DNA of 64,000 nt from Desulfomonilia bacterium (GCA_963664325.2 CAXXDQ010000003.1:288001-352000); one strand, 5' to 3'; shown: positions 9,482-20,849, counted from the first letter of the stretch. The notes: a model not told the origin generated them from the letters alone. Numbers and translations are program-made.

Positions 9482-11368
9482 TCAGACAGAAGGATCCTCC
9501 TTTCTAGGGGCTTCTTCAAAGGGTATTTCGAGTTCATAAACACCGTACTCAAGCTTAACCTTCAAGGGATATCCCGTCTTTGAAAACACCTTCATCATCG
9601 GTGTATTGCGAGCCAGGACGTCAGCGGTGAACCCTCTGATATCCCTGTCAACGGCAATTCTGCAGAGGTGATTTAATAAGAATGTCCCTATGCCCCTGTT
9701 CTGGAAGTTGTGGTCGATCGTGAATGCCACTTCAGCGGTGTTTGTGCCCGGGTCCCTGACATAATGACCCAGGGCGATTACCTGTTCATGTCCGTCCGGG
9801 GCCTCCTTTCCTAGCACACCCACGACTGCCATTTGATCATAGTAATCAATGGCGGCCATCGGCATTGCCAGTTTGTGTGGGAAATTTCTCAGGTTCTGGA
9901 AAAACCGCGTATAAACATCCTGTTCGGGCAATGAATATACAAGGTCCTGTATGGCCCGTTCGTCTGTAGATCTTGTCGGCCTGAAGAAGATATCTTCACC
10001 TTTTTTGTCCTTAAGCCACATTTCATATTCCCTTGGGTATGGAACAGCAGGCAATATCTGATCCTTGTAGACATAACCCTGCTGTTTGGCGCATTCAAGC
10101 AGCCAATCCCTGAATTTGGGGTGTGCTATATTGATAAGGGCAAGCGCCCTTTCTCTGATAGTCTTTCCATGGATGTATGCATAGCCGTACTCGGTCACGA
10201 CATAATTTACCGAGGCCCTCGTTATGACAACTCCGCTGCCGGGATCGAGAAAAGGGACTATCCTCGATATTGTTCCGTCATCGGTTGTTGAGGGCAATGT
10301 CATAATTGAACGACCACGGTTCGACATGCGTGCCCCTCTGACAAAATCAGACTGTCCGCCTATACCGCTGTAAAACCTGAAGCCAAGAGAATCTGAACAT
10401 ATCTGTCCGGTAAGGTCGACGGTAAGGGCGGAATTTATGGCCGTGCACCTGTCGTTTCTCCTGATTATGTTGGCATTGTTAACATAGGAACAAGGCCTGA
10501 ATTCGAACAGCGGGTTATCGTCAACATAATCATAGAGCTTCCGGCTGCCTGTACAGAAGGAAGCAACGACCTTGCCCTGGTTGATATTCTTTTTCCTGTT
10601 TGTTATGACCCCCGCCTCTATGAGGTCAATAAGGGCGTCATTAAAGACTTCCGTATGTACGCCCAGGTCTTTTTTATTAATAAGATATGGGAGCACTGAG
10701 TTGGGAATGCGGCCTATGCCGGTCTGTATGCAGGACTCGTTTTCAACAAGGTCGGCAATGATGCTGCCTATCCTTTCGATAATTTCGGTCGGGGCCTTTG
10801 ACTGGAATTCAATCAGAGGAAGGTCATTTTCTACGAAAGCATTTATTTCGTTTACATGAAGGAACGAATCACCGTGCGTACGTGGCATGTTCGGATTGAC
10901 TTCGGCAATTATATATGAAGCGACTTCTGCGGCGGTTTTAGTTATATCAACCGATATTCCCAGGCTGACATAACCATTTTTGTCAGGAGGAGACACCTGT
11001 ATGAGCGCCACATCAATGCGCAGGTTCCCCCTCATCATGAGGTTGGGGATTTCGGAAAGGAAAACCGGTGTATAGTCTGCCCGGCCTTCCTCAACGGCCT
11101 TCCTTGTGCTCTGTCCTATGAAAAGGGCGTTGTGGCGGAAGTGCTCGGAGTATTTATCTTCAGCATACTCGGCATTTCCCAGATCAAGGAAATGGTATAT
11201 CTCTGTGTCATACATCTGAGGTGCTATTTCTATAAGGGTTTTTACCAGCAGCTGCGGTTCGCCGCATGCGGAGCCTATGAAAATGCGGGAGCCTTTTTTA
11301 ATGTTTTTAAGTGCTGTCAATGCATCTGTAAGCCTTGACTGATAGGTTTTTCTCCATTCATAGATCAT
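9482..11368 (-). CDS. Acetyl-CoA hydrolase/CoA-transferase fused to a C-terminal GNAT acetyltransferase
   Basis: IQTGIG, GVHTE (catalytic Glu), SGIGGQSDF, YVVTEYG; GNAT motif FQNRGIGTFLL and N..M. Confidence 0.9.
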   Translation of the reverse strand: MIYEWRKTYQSRLTDALTALKNIKKGSRIFIGSACGEPQLLVKTLIEIAPQMYDTEIYHFLDLGNAEYAEDKYSEHFRHNALFIGQSTRKAVEEGRADYTPVFLSEIPNLMMRGNLRIDVALIQVSPPDKNGYVSLGISVDITKTAAEVASYIIAEVNPNMPRTHGDSFLHVNEINAFVENDLPLIEFQSKAPTEIIERIGSIIADLVENESCIQTGIGRIPNSVLPYLINKKDLGVHTEVFNDALIDLIEAGVITNRKKNINQGKVVASFCTGSRKLYDYVDDNPLFEFRPCSYVNNANIIRRNDRCTAINSALTVDLTGQICSDSLGFRFYSGIGGQSDFVRGARMSNRGRSIMTLPSTTDDGTISRIVPFLDPGSGVVITRASVNYVVTEYGYAYIHGKTIRERALALINIAHPKFRDWLLECAKQQGYVYKDQILPAVPYPREYEMWLKDKKGEDIFFRPTRSTDERAIQDLVYSLPEQDVYTRFFQNLRNFPHKLAMPMAAIDYYDQMAVVGVLGKEAPDGHEQVIALGHYVRDPGTNTAEVAFTIDHNFQNRGIGTFLLNHLCRIAVDRDIRGFTADVLARNTPMMKVFSKTGYPLKVKLEYGVYELEIPFEEAPRKEDPSV

Positions 11369-11375
11369 AACCTAG

Positions 11376-11403
11376 AGAGTACCGATAACCGTTTAAAAGT
11401 CAA
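11376..11403 (-). promoter_or_regulatory. Putative sigma70 promoter TTGACT-N16-TACTCT, 7 nt before the ATG at 11368
   Basis: Read directly from the minus strand; no SD between -10 and ATG. Confidence 0.45.
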
Positions 11404-11546
11404 GAAATCTGTTGGAAAAGCATTCATGACCCATTATTTGCATGGATCTTAAAGAAGCAATTATTATTCAGGAACTTCAGTCTTCTGGATCAGCAACATA
11501 TTCCCCGGGTTGCAATATCGGACTATTGCTAATATATAGCTGGACA

Positions 11547-12536
11547 ATGGGAAAGATACTGATCAGGGGAGTGAACTGGATAGGTGATGCCGTAATGAGC
11601 ATGCCTTTTATCAGCGGGCTTGCCCATGCATGGCCGGATGCTGAAATCCATGTCCTTACAAGGCCTCATCTTGCGGAACTGTATAAATATAATCCGTATA
11701 TTGAAAGTTTAATCCCGGTAAATGATAAGCGCAGGTTTTCAGGATGGAGGGGGGTAATTAAGAAAATCAGGAAAATGAAATTTGAACAGGCATTATGCCT
11801 GCCGCATTCGTTCAGTTCAGCACTCTTTCTGTTTTTTGCAGGGATTGAAAAAAGATACGGGCGGGCGTGCAGCGGAAGATCAATGCTGTTCACCCATCCT
11901 GTATACGGAAAAATTGAAGACTATACCGCTCATCAGTCGGACTATTATCTTGAAATGCTCTTTGCAGTAACAGGATTTATGCCCAATGAGAGGTTGCCCC
12001 TTGTTTATCTTTCAGATGTGCAAAGGAACAGGGCTTCGGAACTTCTGATGAATCTGAAACGACCGGTTCTTGGTATTTTCTGCTCGGCAGCCTACGGGCC
12101 TGCAAAGATATGGCCGCAGGAAAACTTTGCAGAACTCGGAAGGAGGTATATTTCAAAAACAGGCGGATCAGTTCTCCTATTCGGAGGAAGTTCCGATGCT
12201 CAGGTAAATGAAAAGATTATGGCTTCAATAGGAAATGGTGCGCTTAATATTGCAGGCCTGACAGATTTGCTTGAAAGTGTTGCCGTGATGGAAAGATGTG
12301 ATGCAGTTGTGGCGAATGATTCCGGGCCGATGCACCTGGCTGCTGCAAGCGGGACAAAAACGGTTGGTATTTTCGGGTCAACCAATCCTGCAAGGACAGC
12401 CCCGCTTGGCATAAATGCAACATATATATCAAAGAACCTGCCCTGTGCCCCATGTATGGCTCATAAGTGCAGGCTTGGCACATACGAATGCTTAAGGAGC
12501 ATTACCCCTGATGATGTCCTCAAGGAGATTTTGTGA
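11547..12536 (+). CDS. waaF: Lipopolysaccharide heptosyltransferase II (GT9)
   Basis: NWIGDAVMS, AYGPAKIWP, ANDSGPMHLAAA, C-terminal CAPC..C. Confidence 0.88.
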   Translation: MGKILIRGVNWIGDAVMSMPFISGLAHAWPDAEIHVLTRPHLAELYKYNPYIESLIPVNDKRRFSGWRGVIKKIRKMKFEQALCLPHSFSSALFLFFAGIEKRYGRACSGRSMLFTHPVYGKIEDYTAHQSDYYLEMLFAVTGFMPNERLPLVYLSDVQRNRASELLMNLKRPVLGIFCSAAYGPAKIWPQENFAELGRRYISKTGGSVLLFGGSSDAQVNEKIMASIGNGALNIAGLTDLLESVAVMERCDAVVANDSGPMHLAAASGTKTVGIFGSTNPARTAPLGINATYISKNLPCAPCMAHKCRLGTYECLRSITPDDVLKEIL

Positions 12537-13297
12537 AGATTAGCGTCTGTATGATAACATTCAATAATGAGCGTACAGTGGAAAAAGCGCTTGAAAGCGT
12601 AAAGGCCTGGGCAGATGAGATAATCGTCGTCGATTCCTTCAGCACCGATTCCACGCCCGAAATTGTGAAGGAATATACCGATAATTTCGAACATAGAATA
12701 TGGCCCGGTTTTCGCGACCAGTATAATTATTGTATAGAAAAGGCAAAAAACGATTGGATTGTGTTTATTGATGCCGATGAGGTGATCCCTCCCGAGCTTG
12801 CATCAGAGATTATTGATCGGCCCGATGCCGATAAGGGCAGATATGATGGTTATATTGCTCACCGGCGCACCTTTTACCTCGGGCGCTGGATACAGCACGG
12901 AGGATGGGTGCCCGATTTCGAAGTAAGGCTGTTCAGGAAAGACTCAGGAAAATTTGAGGGAGGCATGCATGCAAACGTCAAAGTCAGGGGCAGGGTGGGC
13001 GAGCTCAGGTCTTCATTCTATGAGCATTATAATTACAGGGATATTTCAGATCAGATTGTCACAATAAACCGCTATTCAGAAACCGAAGCTACGGACAAAC
13101 TTGCAGAGGGCAGGCGTTTCAGGACTATTGATCTGCTTTTCAGACCGCCATTCAGGTTCGTTAAGGAATATGTCTTCAAGAGGGGATTTCTGGACGGAAT
13201 GCCCGGGCTTGTTATAGCCGTTTCCACCATGTATTATGTATTCATCAAATATGCAAAGCTCTGGGAGCTTGAGAAAGGGCTTAAAAAAAATGGCTGA
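12533..13297 (+). CDS. GT2 glycosyltransferase, KdtX/WaaE-like (LPS core)
   Basis: VVDSFSTD, FIDADE, GFLDGMPGL..A..YVFIKYAKLWE. Confidence 0.85.
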   Translation: MKISVCMITFNNERTVEKALESVKAWADEIIVVDSFSTDSTPEIVKEYTDNFEHRIWPGFRDQYNYCIEKAKNDWIVFIDADEVIPPELASEIIDRPDADKGRYDGYIAHRRTFYLGRWIQHGGWVPDFEVRLFRKDSGKFEGGMHANVKVRGRVGELRSSFYEHYNYRDISDQIVTINRYSETEATDKLAEGRRFRTIDLLFRPPFRFVKEYVFKRGFLDGMPGLVIAVSTMYYVFIKYAKLWELEKGLKKNG

Positions 13298-14285
13298 TTA
13301 TTCGTCGGCATATAACGGAAGGAAAGTGCTCATAACAGGCGGTCTCGGTTTTATTGGCTCCAACCTTGCCATAAAACTGGTTTCACTTGGCGCCAGCGTT
13401 ACGATTGTCGACAGCCTGATACCTGAATACGGCGGCAACCTTTTCAATATCGAACCTGTAAAAAACAAGGTTCAAATCAATTTTTCAGATGTGCGTGACG
13501 AGCATTCAATGAAGTTCCTGGTCCAGGGGCATGACTTTCTGTTCAACCTTGCTGGCCAGACAAGCCATATCGATTCCATGCAGAATCCTTATACCGACCT
13601 TGAAATTAACGCACGTGCTCAACTCTTCATTCTCGAGGCATGCAGGCATAATAATCCTGATATAAAGATCGTGTTTGCAAGTACGCGCCAGATATACGGC
13701 AGGCCGCAATACCTGCCTGCGGACGAGAACCATCCGGTCTGCCCTGTTGACGTAAACGGCATAAACAAGGTGGCAGGCGAGTGGTACCACCTTGTCTATA
13801 ACAATGTTTACGGGATACGTTCGTGTGTGCTCAGGCTTACGAATACATACGGGCCCAGGATGAGGGTTAAGGATGCCAGGCAGACGTTTTTGGGCATCTG
13901 GATAAAAAACATAATTGAGGGCAAACCGCTCCTTATCTATGGCGATGGGATGCAGGTCAGGGATTTTACATTTTCAGAAGACGCTATTGATGCATTTCTT
14001 CTTGCTGGTGCAGCCGAGATAGCAAACGGAAATATCTATAACCTCGGGGGAGACTGCAGGATCACCCTTAAGGACCTGGCAGCCATGATTATTGATATAA
14101 ACGGTTCCGGCGCAAGTGAAACGGTGCCGTTTCCCAAAGAGAGGAAAATAATAGACATCGGTGATTATTATTCAGATTTCTCCAGGATTGAAACCGGACT
14201 CGGATGGAAGCCCGCCATATCACTTGAAAAGGGCCTGAAGATTTCGCTTGATTATTTCAGGCAGTATGCCGCTCATTACCGGTAA
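13290..14285 (+). CDS. NAD-dependent sugar-nucleotide epimerase/dehydratase
   Basis: [32 protein letters not shown]. Confidence 0.9.
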   Translation: MADYSSAYNGRKVLITGGLGFIGSNLAIKLVSLGASVTIVDSLIPEYGGNLFNIEPVKNKVQINFSDVRDEHSMKFLVQGHDFLFNLAGQTSHIDSMQNPYTDLEINARAQLFILEACRHNNPDIKIVFASTRQIYGRPQYLPADENHPVCPVDVNGINKVAGEWYHLVYNNVYGIRSCVLRLTNTYGPRMRVKDARQTFLGIWIKNIIEGKPLLIYGDGMQVRDFTFSEDAIDAFLLAGAAEIANGNIYNLGGDCRITLKDLAAMIIDINGSGASETVPFPKERKIIDIGDYYSDFSRIETGLGWKPAISLEKGLKISLDYFRQYAAHYR

Positions 14286-14289
14286 AAAG

Positions 14290-15399
14290 ATGAAGGAAAC
14301 AGGGTTCATACCGGTTGCAAATCCCAAAGCGCAGGCTGAAAGATTCAGGAATGCGATATTTGATGCTATTAGCCGTGTTGTTGACAGCGGATGTTATATC
14401 CTTGGAAGTGAAGTTACGGCATTTGAAACGGAATTTGCATCATATATCGGAGCCGGTCACTGTATTGGTGTTGCAAGCGGCACTGATGCGTTGATGCTTG
14501 CGCTGAAAGCTGCAGATTTGAAGCCCGGAGACGAGGTTATTACTGTTTCACACTCGGCCGTTGCAACGGTTGCAGCGATAGAGCATGCAGGCTTTGTTCC
14601 GGTTTTTGCTGATATTGACAAAATAAGCCGCTGCATGGACCCTGATATTATTGAAGCTCTTGTCTCAAGAAAAACAAAGGCCATAGCACCTGTACATATC
14701 TACGGTCAGCCATGCGACATGGCGGCTATAATGGGTATTGCAAACAGGTATGGTCTCAAGGTTATAGAAGACTGCGCGCAGGCTCATGGGGCCATGATTG
14801 GAAACAAGAAAGCCGGCACTTTCGGGGACGCAGCGGCTTTCAGCTTTTATCCGACAAAAAATCTCGGGGCGCTCGGTGACGGGGGTGCAGTTGTCACCAA
14901 CGATGACATGATTGCAGATAATGTTAAATGGTTGAGAGAATACGGCTGGAAAGAAAGGTATATCAGCTCGATCTCTGGTGTCAATTCAAGGCTTGATGAA
15001 ATGCAGGCTGCGATACTGCGTGTGAAGTTGGGACATCTGGAAAAAGATAACGAAAGGCGCAGGCAGATAGCATCGATGTATCGCAGAGCGGTTTCAACAA
15101 GCGGGATTAAGTCACCTGGAGAGATTCCGGGCACCACTCATGCCATGCACCTTTATGTGATCGAGTGTGAAAAAAGAGAAAAGCTTCGTGAATATCTGTT
15201 GGGCAAAGGAATAGGGACTGCCGTCCATTATCCGCTCGCGATCCATCAGCAGTCTGCATATCTGGGAAGGATGAGGGGCTGCGAACAGCTCGCAAATACA
15301 GAAGAGATATATAAGAAAATCCTTAGTCTGCCCATGTATCCCGAGCTTGATGAAGATCAGATTGCAAGGGTATGTGAGAGTCTGAAAACATGGCACTGA
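14290..15399 (+). CDS. DegT/DnrJ/EryC1/StrS PLP-dependent sugar aminotransferase
   Basis: [36 protein letters not shown]. Confidence 0.93.
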   Translation: MKETGFIPVANPKAQAERFRNAIFDAISRVVDSGCYILGSEVTAFETEFASYIGAGHCIGVASGTDALMLALKAADLKPGDEVITVSHSAVATVAAIEHAGFVPVFADIDKISRCMDPDIIEALVSRKTKAIAPVHIYGQPCDMAAIMGIANRYGLKVIEDCAQAHGAMIGNKKAGTFGDAAAFSFYPTKNLGALGDGGAVVTNDDMIADNVKWLREYGWKERYISSISGVNSRLDEMQAAILRVKLGHLEKDNERRRQIASMYRRAVSTSGIKSPGEIPGTTHAMHLYVIECEKREKLREYLLGKGIGTAVHYPLAIHQQSAYLGRMRGCEQLANTEEIYKKILSLPMYPELDEDQIARVCESLKTWH

Positions 15400-15484
15400 T
15401 ATCATGAAAAATATTGTGACCGGTATGTTAAGATCCTGGCCAGTTGATTTCAAACTGAATCTACATTCCTTATAACCTGGAATC

Positions 15485-16600
15485 ATGAAAATTAGTTTTG
15501 CCATTGAGAAATTCGACCCAAAAACAGGAGGTGCCGAGAGGTACTGCTGGGACCTGGCACATTTTCTTGCTGAAAAAGGTCACGATGTTTCAGTTATATG
15601 CATAAAGGCTTCTGCTCCGGAAAATAAGGGAATAGCCATACATGAAATCAGGGCAGTAAAATTTCCACAGGCATTACGCCATCTGAGCTTTGCCTTCAGC
15701 CATTATTTAAAGGCCAGAAAAATGAAAGACCGGGTTCATTACGGGGTGGGCAATACTTTTTATATGAACGTCTATCAACCCCATGGAGGACTACATGCCG
15801 CTTGGTTTGAAAAGGAGAGTCAAAGATATACCGAGAATTGGAGACCAATCATAAAACTGATAAAAAGGTTGAGCCTGAAGGATATAGTCCAGCGCGGGCT
15901 TGAATGGTGGACTCTGAAAAGAACGCGGCCTGTTGTGCTGGCAATATCAAAGATGGTGGAAAATGATATCAGGGCTTACTGCGGGAAATATCAGCCTGAA
16001 ATCTATCTCATCCCGAACGGTATAGATACAGGAAAGTACTCGTCCAGCAAGGCCAGCAGGCGCAGCTCGATAAGAGAGTTTTACGGCCTTAAAGAAAGTG
16101 ATTTCGTATTCCTGTTCGTGGCCAACAATTTTATCCTCAAAGGTTTCAGAGTCCTTACTGAAGCTTTTGGAAAAATAATAAAGACAGGTGCCAGGCTGCT
16201 GGTTGCAGGTGAACCTGACAGCATGTCAAGGAAACTGGCTGATATGTTTGGTGATACGATTTTTTTTGCAGGTAAAAGTACTGATCTCGATTATATTTAT
16301 CCTGCGTGCGACTGCCTGGTCCATCCGACTTTCTATGACGCCTGCTCGCTGGTTGTGCTCGAAGCGCTTGCATCGGGAATCCCTGTAATTACAACGTCTG
16401 CCAACGGAGCGGCCATGTTCGTTGCTAACGGGAAGAACGGGTACGTTATTCCGGCCGCTGATGTAAATGCATTGTCGACAGCCATGGAAAAAGTGATTTC
16501 CGGAGAGGTGCCGCATGTTGAAAAAGCCTCATTCGATGATTCCAGGGCAGTCTTTGAAAAAATAGAGAAGGTCGTAATCGCAAAGGGGCAGGGAAGATGA
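15485..16600 (+). CDS. GT4 glycosyltransferase (WaaG-like)
   Basis: GGAERY, IPNGID, HPTFYDACSLVVLEALASGIPVIT. Confidence 0.88.
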   Translation: MKISFAIEKFDPKTGGAERYCWDLAHFLAEKGHDVSVICIKASAPENKGIAIHEIRAVKFPQALRHLSFAFSHYLKARKMKDRVHYGVGNTFYMNVYQPHGGLHAAWFEKESQRYTENWRPIIKLIKRLSLKDIVQRGLEWWTLKRTRPVVLAISKMVENDIRAYCGKYQPEIYLIPNGIDTGKYSSSKASRRSSIREFYGLKESDFVFLFVANNFILKGFRVLTEAFGKIIKTGARLLVAGEPDSMSRKLADMFGDTIFFAGKSTDLDYIYPACDCLVHPTFYDACSLVVLEALASGIPVITTSANGAAMFVANGKNGYVIPAADVNALSTAMEKVISGEVPHVEKASFDDSRAVFEKIEKVVIAKGQGR

Positions 16601-17595
16601 GGATGCTTGCCCTGATACAGGGCGAAGAGATTGCTGCAAGCAGGTACAGGATATTGCAGTACCTGCCTTATTTAAAGGAAAATGGCGTCGATACGGATGT
16701 CATGGAGTTCCCGGATTCAATACAGGAGTATGCCAGACTGTATTTGAAACTCGATAAATATGACTGCATTTTTGTCCAGCGTAAACGTTTCCATTTCCCC
16801 TTCCTCGGATTATTCAGGAACAGGGCAAAAAAAACAGTCTATGACCTTGATGATGCAGTCATGTATAAAAACTCTCTGGCAGGCAGCCCTTATTCACGCA
16901 CCAGGCAGCGCCGGTTTGAAAACATGGCCCGGGCTTGCGATGCCATAATTGCAGGCAACAGCTTTCTGATGGAGCAGTCGCTTCCCTATAATTCAAACGT
17001 AGTGCTCATCCCGACATCAATTTCATCTGAAAGGTATGGTCTGAAGGATTACAGCAAGCCTAAAGATATAGTGACTATCGGCTGGATAGGCGATCACGGC
17101 AGTATTCATTATCTTGAGGGGATGGCGGATGTTTTTGATGAGGTGGCCAGGCTGTATCCCGGGAAGGTTGAGCTCAAGATTATCTGCGATGTCTTTTTCG
17201 ACTGCCGCATAATGCCAGTAAGAAAGGTGATTTGGTCGGCCGAGACTGAAGTTGATGAGTTGAAGGACTGCGATATCGGTATCATGCCTCTGAAAGATGA
17301 TCCATGGTCATGGGGCAAATGCGGCCTTAAAATCCTTCAGTATTTCGGGGTCGGAATACCTGCCGTATGCACCCCGGTCGGGGTGAACAGGGACGTTGTT
17401 AAACATGGACAAAACGGTTACTGGGCCAGCAGCAACAGCGAATGGGTCGATATGCTTTCAAGGCTGATTGATGATTCGGAACAAAGGAAAACCTTTGGGA
17501 TTGAAGGAAGAAAGACACTTCAAACCGGATATTCGGTTGAGGCGAATTCACCGCTGATTCTTGAAGCAGTAAAGGGAAGCCGCTGCCAGGAATAA
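16597..17595 (+). CDS. GT4 glycosyltransferase
   Basis: ASRYR, YDLDDAV, DIGIMPL..WGKCGLKILQY. Confidence 0.85.
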   Translation: MRMLALIQGEEIAASRYRILQYLPYLKENGVDTDVMEFPDSIQEYARLYLKLDKYDCIFVQRKRFHFPFLGLFRNRAKKTVYDLDDAVMYKNSLAGSPYSRTRQRRFENMARACDAIIAGNSFLMEQSLPYNSNVVLIPTSISSERYGLKDYSKPKDIVTIGWIGDHGSIHYLEGMADVFDEVARLYPGKVELKIICDVFFDCRIMPVRKVIWSAETEVDELKDCDIGIMPLKDDPWSWGKCGLKILQYFGVGIPAVCTPVGVNRDVVKHGQNGYWASSNSEWVDMLSRLIDDSEQRKTFGIEGRKTLQTGYSVEANSPLILEAVKGSRCQE

Positions 17596-17607
17596 TTTTC
17601 CTTACAC

Positions 17608-18498
17608 TCAGCCCTTTAGTGCATATAAGAGGGCTTTTATATTATTTTGGATGGTTTTTATCCTCCATGGCGACTTTAAGAAAGAGACTGAAAGGCATCT
17701 TATTGCCTTTATATATTTCTTCTCATCAATGTATATTATGCCCATATCTCTCTGTGCTTTTGCGGACTGGTAGAGATAGATAAACATCCAGAGCCGAGTT
17801 CTTTTTTTCAACATGAACAGATATTTCCTATAAATTATAAATTCGTTGAACGGCATAATCCGCGAAAGCCTGCTGCTCGTATTTTCACCGTGCCAGCGGT
17901 ATTCCACAAGCGGCTGGCTGATGAAGCCGATCATTCCGTTATATGCAATCCTGATAAACAGGTCATGTTCTTCGCAAACGGCAAAGGATTCATCAAAGAG
18001 ACCGGTGATATCAAGGATGCTGCGCCTGATCAGGGTCGATGATGGTGTAATATAATTTCTTCTGTAAAGATCGATAAAAAGGTTTCCTTCCACTGTTTTC
18101 CCGATGTGGTGTTCTGATGTCCTGTTGACAGGCTCTCCTGAACCGAATCTCTCTTCGGGTGTATAAACCATGCAGTATTCCGGATGGGCATTGAGGAACT
18201 CTACTTCAAGCTCTATTTTATCTGGCTTGAACAGGTCGTCTTGGTCCAGAAATGCTATGAAATCACCTTTCGCGGCATTGATGCCTGAATTGCGGGCACC
18301 CGAAATTCCCTTGTTTTTCTGTTCAATTAAAATGACAGGATATTGTTTTACTACATCAGCACCCCTGTCAGTCGAACCATCATTTACAACAATAATTTCA
18401 ATTTCCGGATAGGTCTGATTCAAAGCGCTCTTGAGCGTTTCCTCTATAAACTTTTCTCCATTAAAAAGCGGGATAACAATGCTTACCAAAGGCTTCAT
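17608..18498 (-). CDS. GT2 glycosyltransferase
   Basis: VSIVIP, VVNDGSTD, ARNSG, AFLDQDD. Confidence 0.9.
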   Translation of the reverse strand: MKPLVSIVIPLFNGEKFIEETLKSALNQTYPEIEIIVVNDGSTDRGADVVKQYPVILIEQKNKGISGARNSGINAAKGDFIAFLDQDDLFKPDKIELEVEFLNAHPEYCMVYTPEERFGSGEPVNRTSEHHIGKTVEGNLFIDLYRRNYITPSSTLIRRSILDITGLFDESFAVCEEHDLFIRIAYNGMIGFISQPLVEYRWHGENTSSRLSRIMPFNEFIIYRKYLFMLKKRTRLWMFIYLYQSAKAQRDMGIIYIDEKKYIKAIRCLSVSFLKSPWRIKTIQNNIKALLYALKG

Positions 18499-18506
18499 GA
18501 GTTATG

Positions 18507-19617
18507 TCATCTTACGCTCAAGGATTCTCCCAATTCCCTTACAAGTCCCACATAGTAGTTCCAGTCATCGAAACTAACATCCGGCGGTACGTTGTGGTCA
18601 AGGCTGGGTATGTATCCGCCGTGTTTCAGCATTTCAGGAACAACCCGCATGACCTCGGCATATATCGCATCCTTTCCCTTGGCGAGTTCGAGTTTGTCGA
18701 TTCCGCCCCAGATGGCAAATTCTCTCGGCCATTCCCGTCTTAGGCCAACTACATCCATGCCGGCATTGACCTCGAACGGCCATATCATGTTAACACCTGC
18801 ATCCACAAAGGGCTTTATGAGAAGCTTCATGTCACCGTCCGTATCAACGCCTATGATCGGGATCCCCAGTTCATTCTTAAGGTAAGCCAGCAGTTCCTTG
18901 TAATAAGGGGTCATGAAGACATCGAAGAGCTTCGGAGAGATTATCGGGCCGTTCTTATAGCACATGTCTTCCCACAGGCTTACAAGGTCAGGCCTGCGTT
19001 TTTCCGCAATCTTCTGGATTACTTTCTTCCACAAATCCACCCAGTGCCTGGCAATGTCGTGAATAAGGTCAGGCTGCCTTCGATAGGCGATCATCAGGTT
19101 GGTAAAGCCCATAAGGTGCCTATGCGTGCCGAAAAGCCCGGGAATATAAACGGTAAGTGGCCAGTCGGCGGTGCCGTCAAGACCGAGCAGTATTTCAGCC
19201 TCGGATAGTCTTCCTGATGAATCCGGATCAAGCCGCCACTTGATATCTTCCCAGTCTTTTCTGCTTTTGACCGGCGATTCAAGCCATGTCGGAATAGCGC
19301 TTGACAGATTGGTGTGTTCTTTAATTATGGAACCGGAACTGTCGCGTTTGACTGTATATTCACAGTCAATGGTTATGATCTCCTCATCAAAGAGCGGATC
19401 AAACCCGGGGTTTAAGTGAACGCCCATGATAATCGGAAGCTGAAGGTCAAAACCTGAATACATGTAAGCGGTCATATCATCCGTTATTTCAGGTGGTAAT
19501 CCCTGAGGATGCCATTTTTTCTATCGTTTCAGGCCAGAAACCGATTGTCTCCATCCTGAATGGTCTGTCAAGAGGCTCAAATGAAGCTGTTGCGAGCAGG
19601 CGTTCACGAGATGTCAT
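18507..19617 (-). pseudogene. Uroporphyrinogen decarboxylase/MtaA-like (URO-D superfamily) gene with a +1 frameshift in an A6 run at 19515-19520
   Basis: ATG at 19617 (TAATG overlap with the upstream stop) reads MTSRERLL..IGFWPETIEK. Removing one A continues WHPQGLPPE.. in frame into ORF 18507-19475 (WEDM, DTDG, GGIDK, GGYIPSLDH). Confidence 0.75.
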
Positions 19618-20840
19618 TATCCAATCTCCTCAATCGCCAGGGGATACTTTGACATATATTCACAGCCGTCTTTTAAAATTAGTATGGGGTTCTCGTATCT
19701 GAAACCGATGCCTTCGGATGGCGCTGCATACTGCATGGCGCAGATAAGGAGTTCGTTTTCCTGATAGACATGGTCCGGGTCTGTCCAGAATGGAATGGGC
19801 CCGTCATTCTTTGCTCCTATCCTCCATTCGTCGCCAAAAAGGCCGATTCCGTGTTCGCAGCCGGGTACAACAAAATCGGCGCAACCGCGGTCTTCTGCAA
19901 ACTGCATCATCAGATCAGCAAGCTTGGAAGGGGTGACACCTGCCCGGTAATTGGCAAGTACAAGGCTTATCAGGTCTGTAAAGTTATTGGCGTGCCATCT
20001 CTGCCTGGGTGTCTCGGGTGCAATCAGATAATTATGGGAATGATCGCCAAGCGCCAGTTGGAACATGGCGTGGAAGTCAAGCATCAGTGGCTCGCCTGCC
20101 TTGAACTCGCGTGTGGTCGGCGGGGTGCAAGCCCCGAGTCCGGTCCTGTATCCGCTGGATATTTCATTGAGACCGGCGAAGTTCCATTCGGAAACACTGC
20201 CCTCTTTTCTCATTGCAAGGGCTGCAATGCCTGCGATAACCGTTTCGGTCATACCTTTCCATCCGCCGTTCACAAGAGCCGCCCTGGCAGCCTTATGCCC
20301 TTCATCAACTATGCGTGAAGCTTCACGGAAACGGTTGATAGTCCCGATGTCCTTGATTATGGAAAGGCTGTCAATTATCTCTATGGCATTGACAAACTCG
20401 AAACTCTCAAGGGCCTGACTCAGCATCATGAATTCATAATGGCTGAGGTGGCCTTCGGCGGTATAAGTCGCCATGCCATCCTCATAACCGATTCGTCCCT
20501 TTGTCAGGCCCAGATTGTCTTTTATGAATTCACTGATTGCTGAAATCTGGTCCATACCGCCCATTGGTGCGTACGCCCTGACATGGTCTTCGTCTAGCCA
20601 TGTTTCGTCCCCAAGCCTGACTGCATCAATTACGAATGTGAACAGGGTGGGATCTCCCTGCGACGGAATTATTATATAGCTGCGCCACGGGCAGAACGCA
20701 TCGATCACCCAGCTTATAGTTCTGATCCTGGAACCTATGTATACATCGATTCCAGCCTTTGCCATTCCCGCCTGGATTGCTTTTACTCGTGCAGGGTTGT
20801 CAATATAGAAAGAGTCTTTGGGATTAAGAATCCTTGGCAT
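19617..20840 (-). CDS. M24 (Xaa-Pro peptidase/creatinase) family hydrolase
   Basis: Creatinase-like N-domain; pita-bread motifs LDF..GD, EHGIG, GFRYENPILI; SD GGAGG. Confidence 0.8.
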   Translation of the reverse strand: MPRILNPKDSFYIDNPARVKAIQAGMAKAGIDVYIGSRIRTISWVIDAFCPWRSYIIIPSQGDPTLFTFVIDAVRLGDETWLDEDHVRAYAPMGGMDQISAISEFIKDNLGLTKGRIGYEDGMATYTAEGHLSHYEFMMLSQALESFEFVNAIEIIDSLSIIKDIGTINRFREASRIVDEGHKAARAALVNGGWKGMTETVIAGIAALAMRKEGSVSEWNFAGLNEISSGYRTGLGACTPPTTREFKAGEPLMLDFHAMFQLALGDHSHNYLIAPETPRQRWHANNFTDLISLVLANYRAGVTPSKLADLMMQFAEDRGCADFVVPGCEHGIGLFGDEWRIGAKNDGPIPFWTDPDHVYQENELLICAMQYAAPSEGIGFRYENPILILKDGCEYMSKYPLAIEEIG

Positions 20841-20849
20841 GGTATCCTC

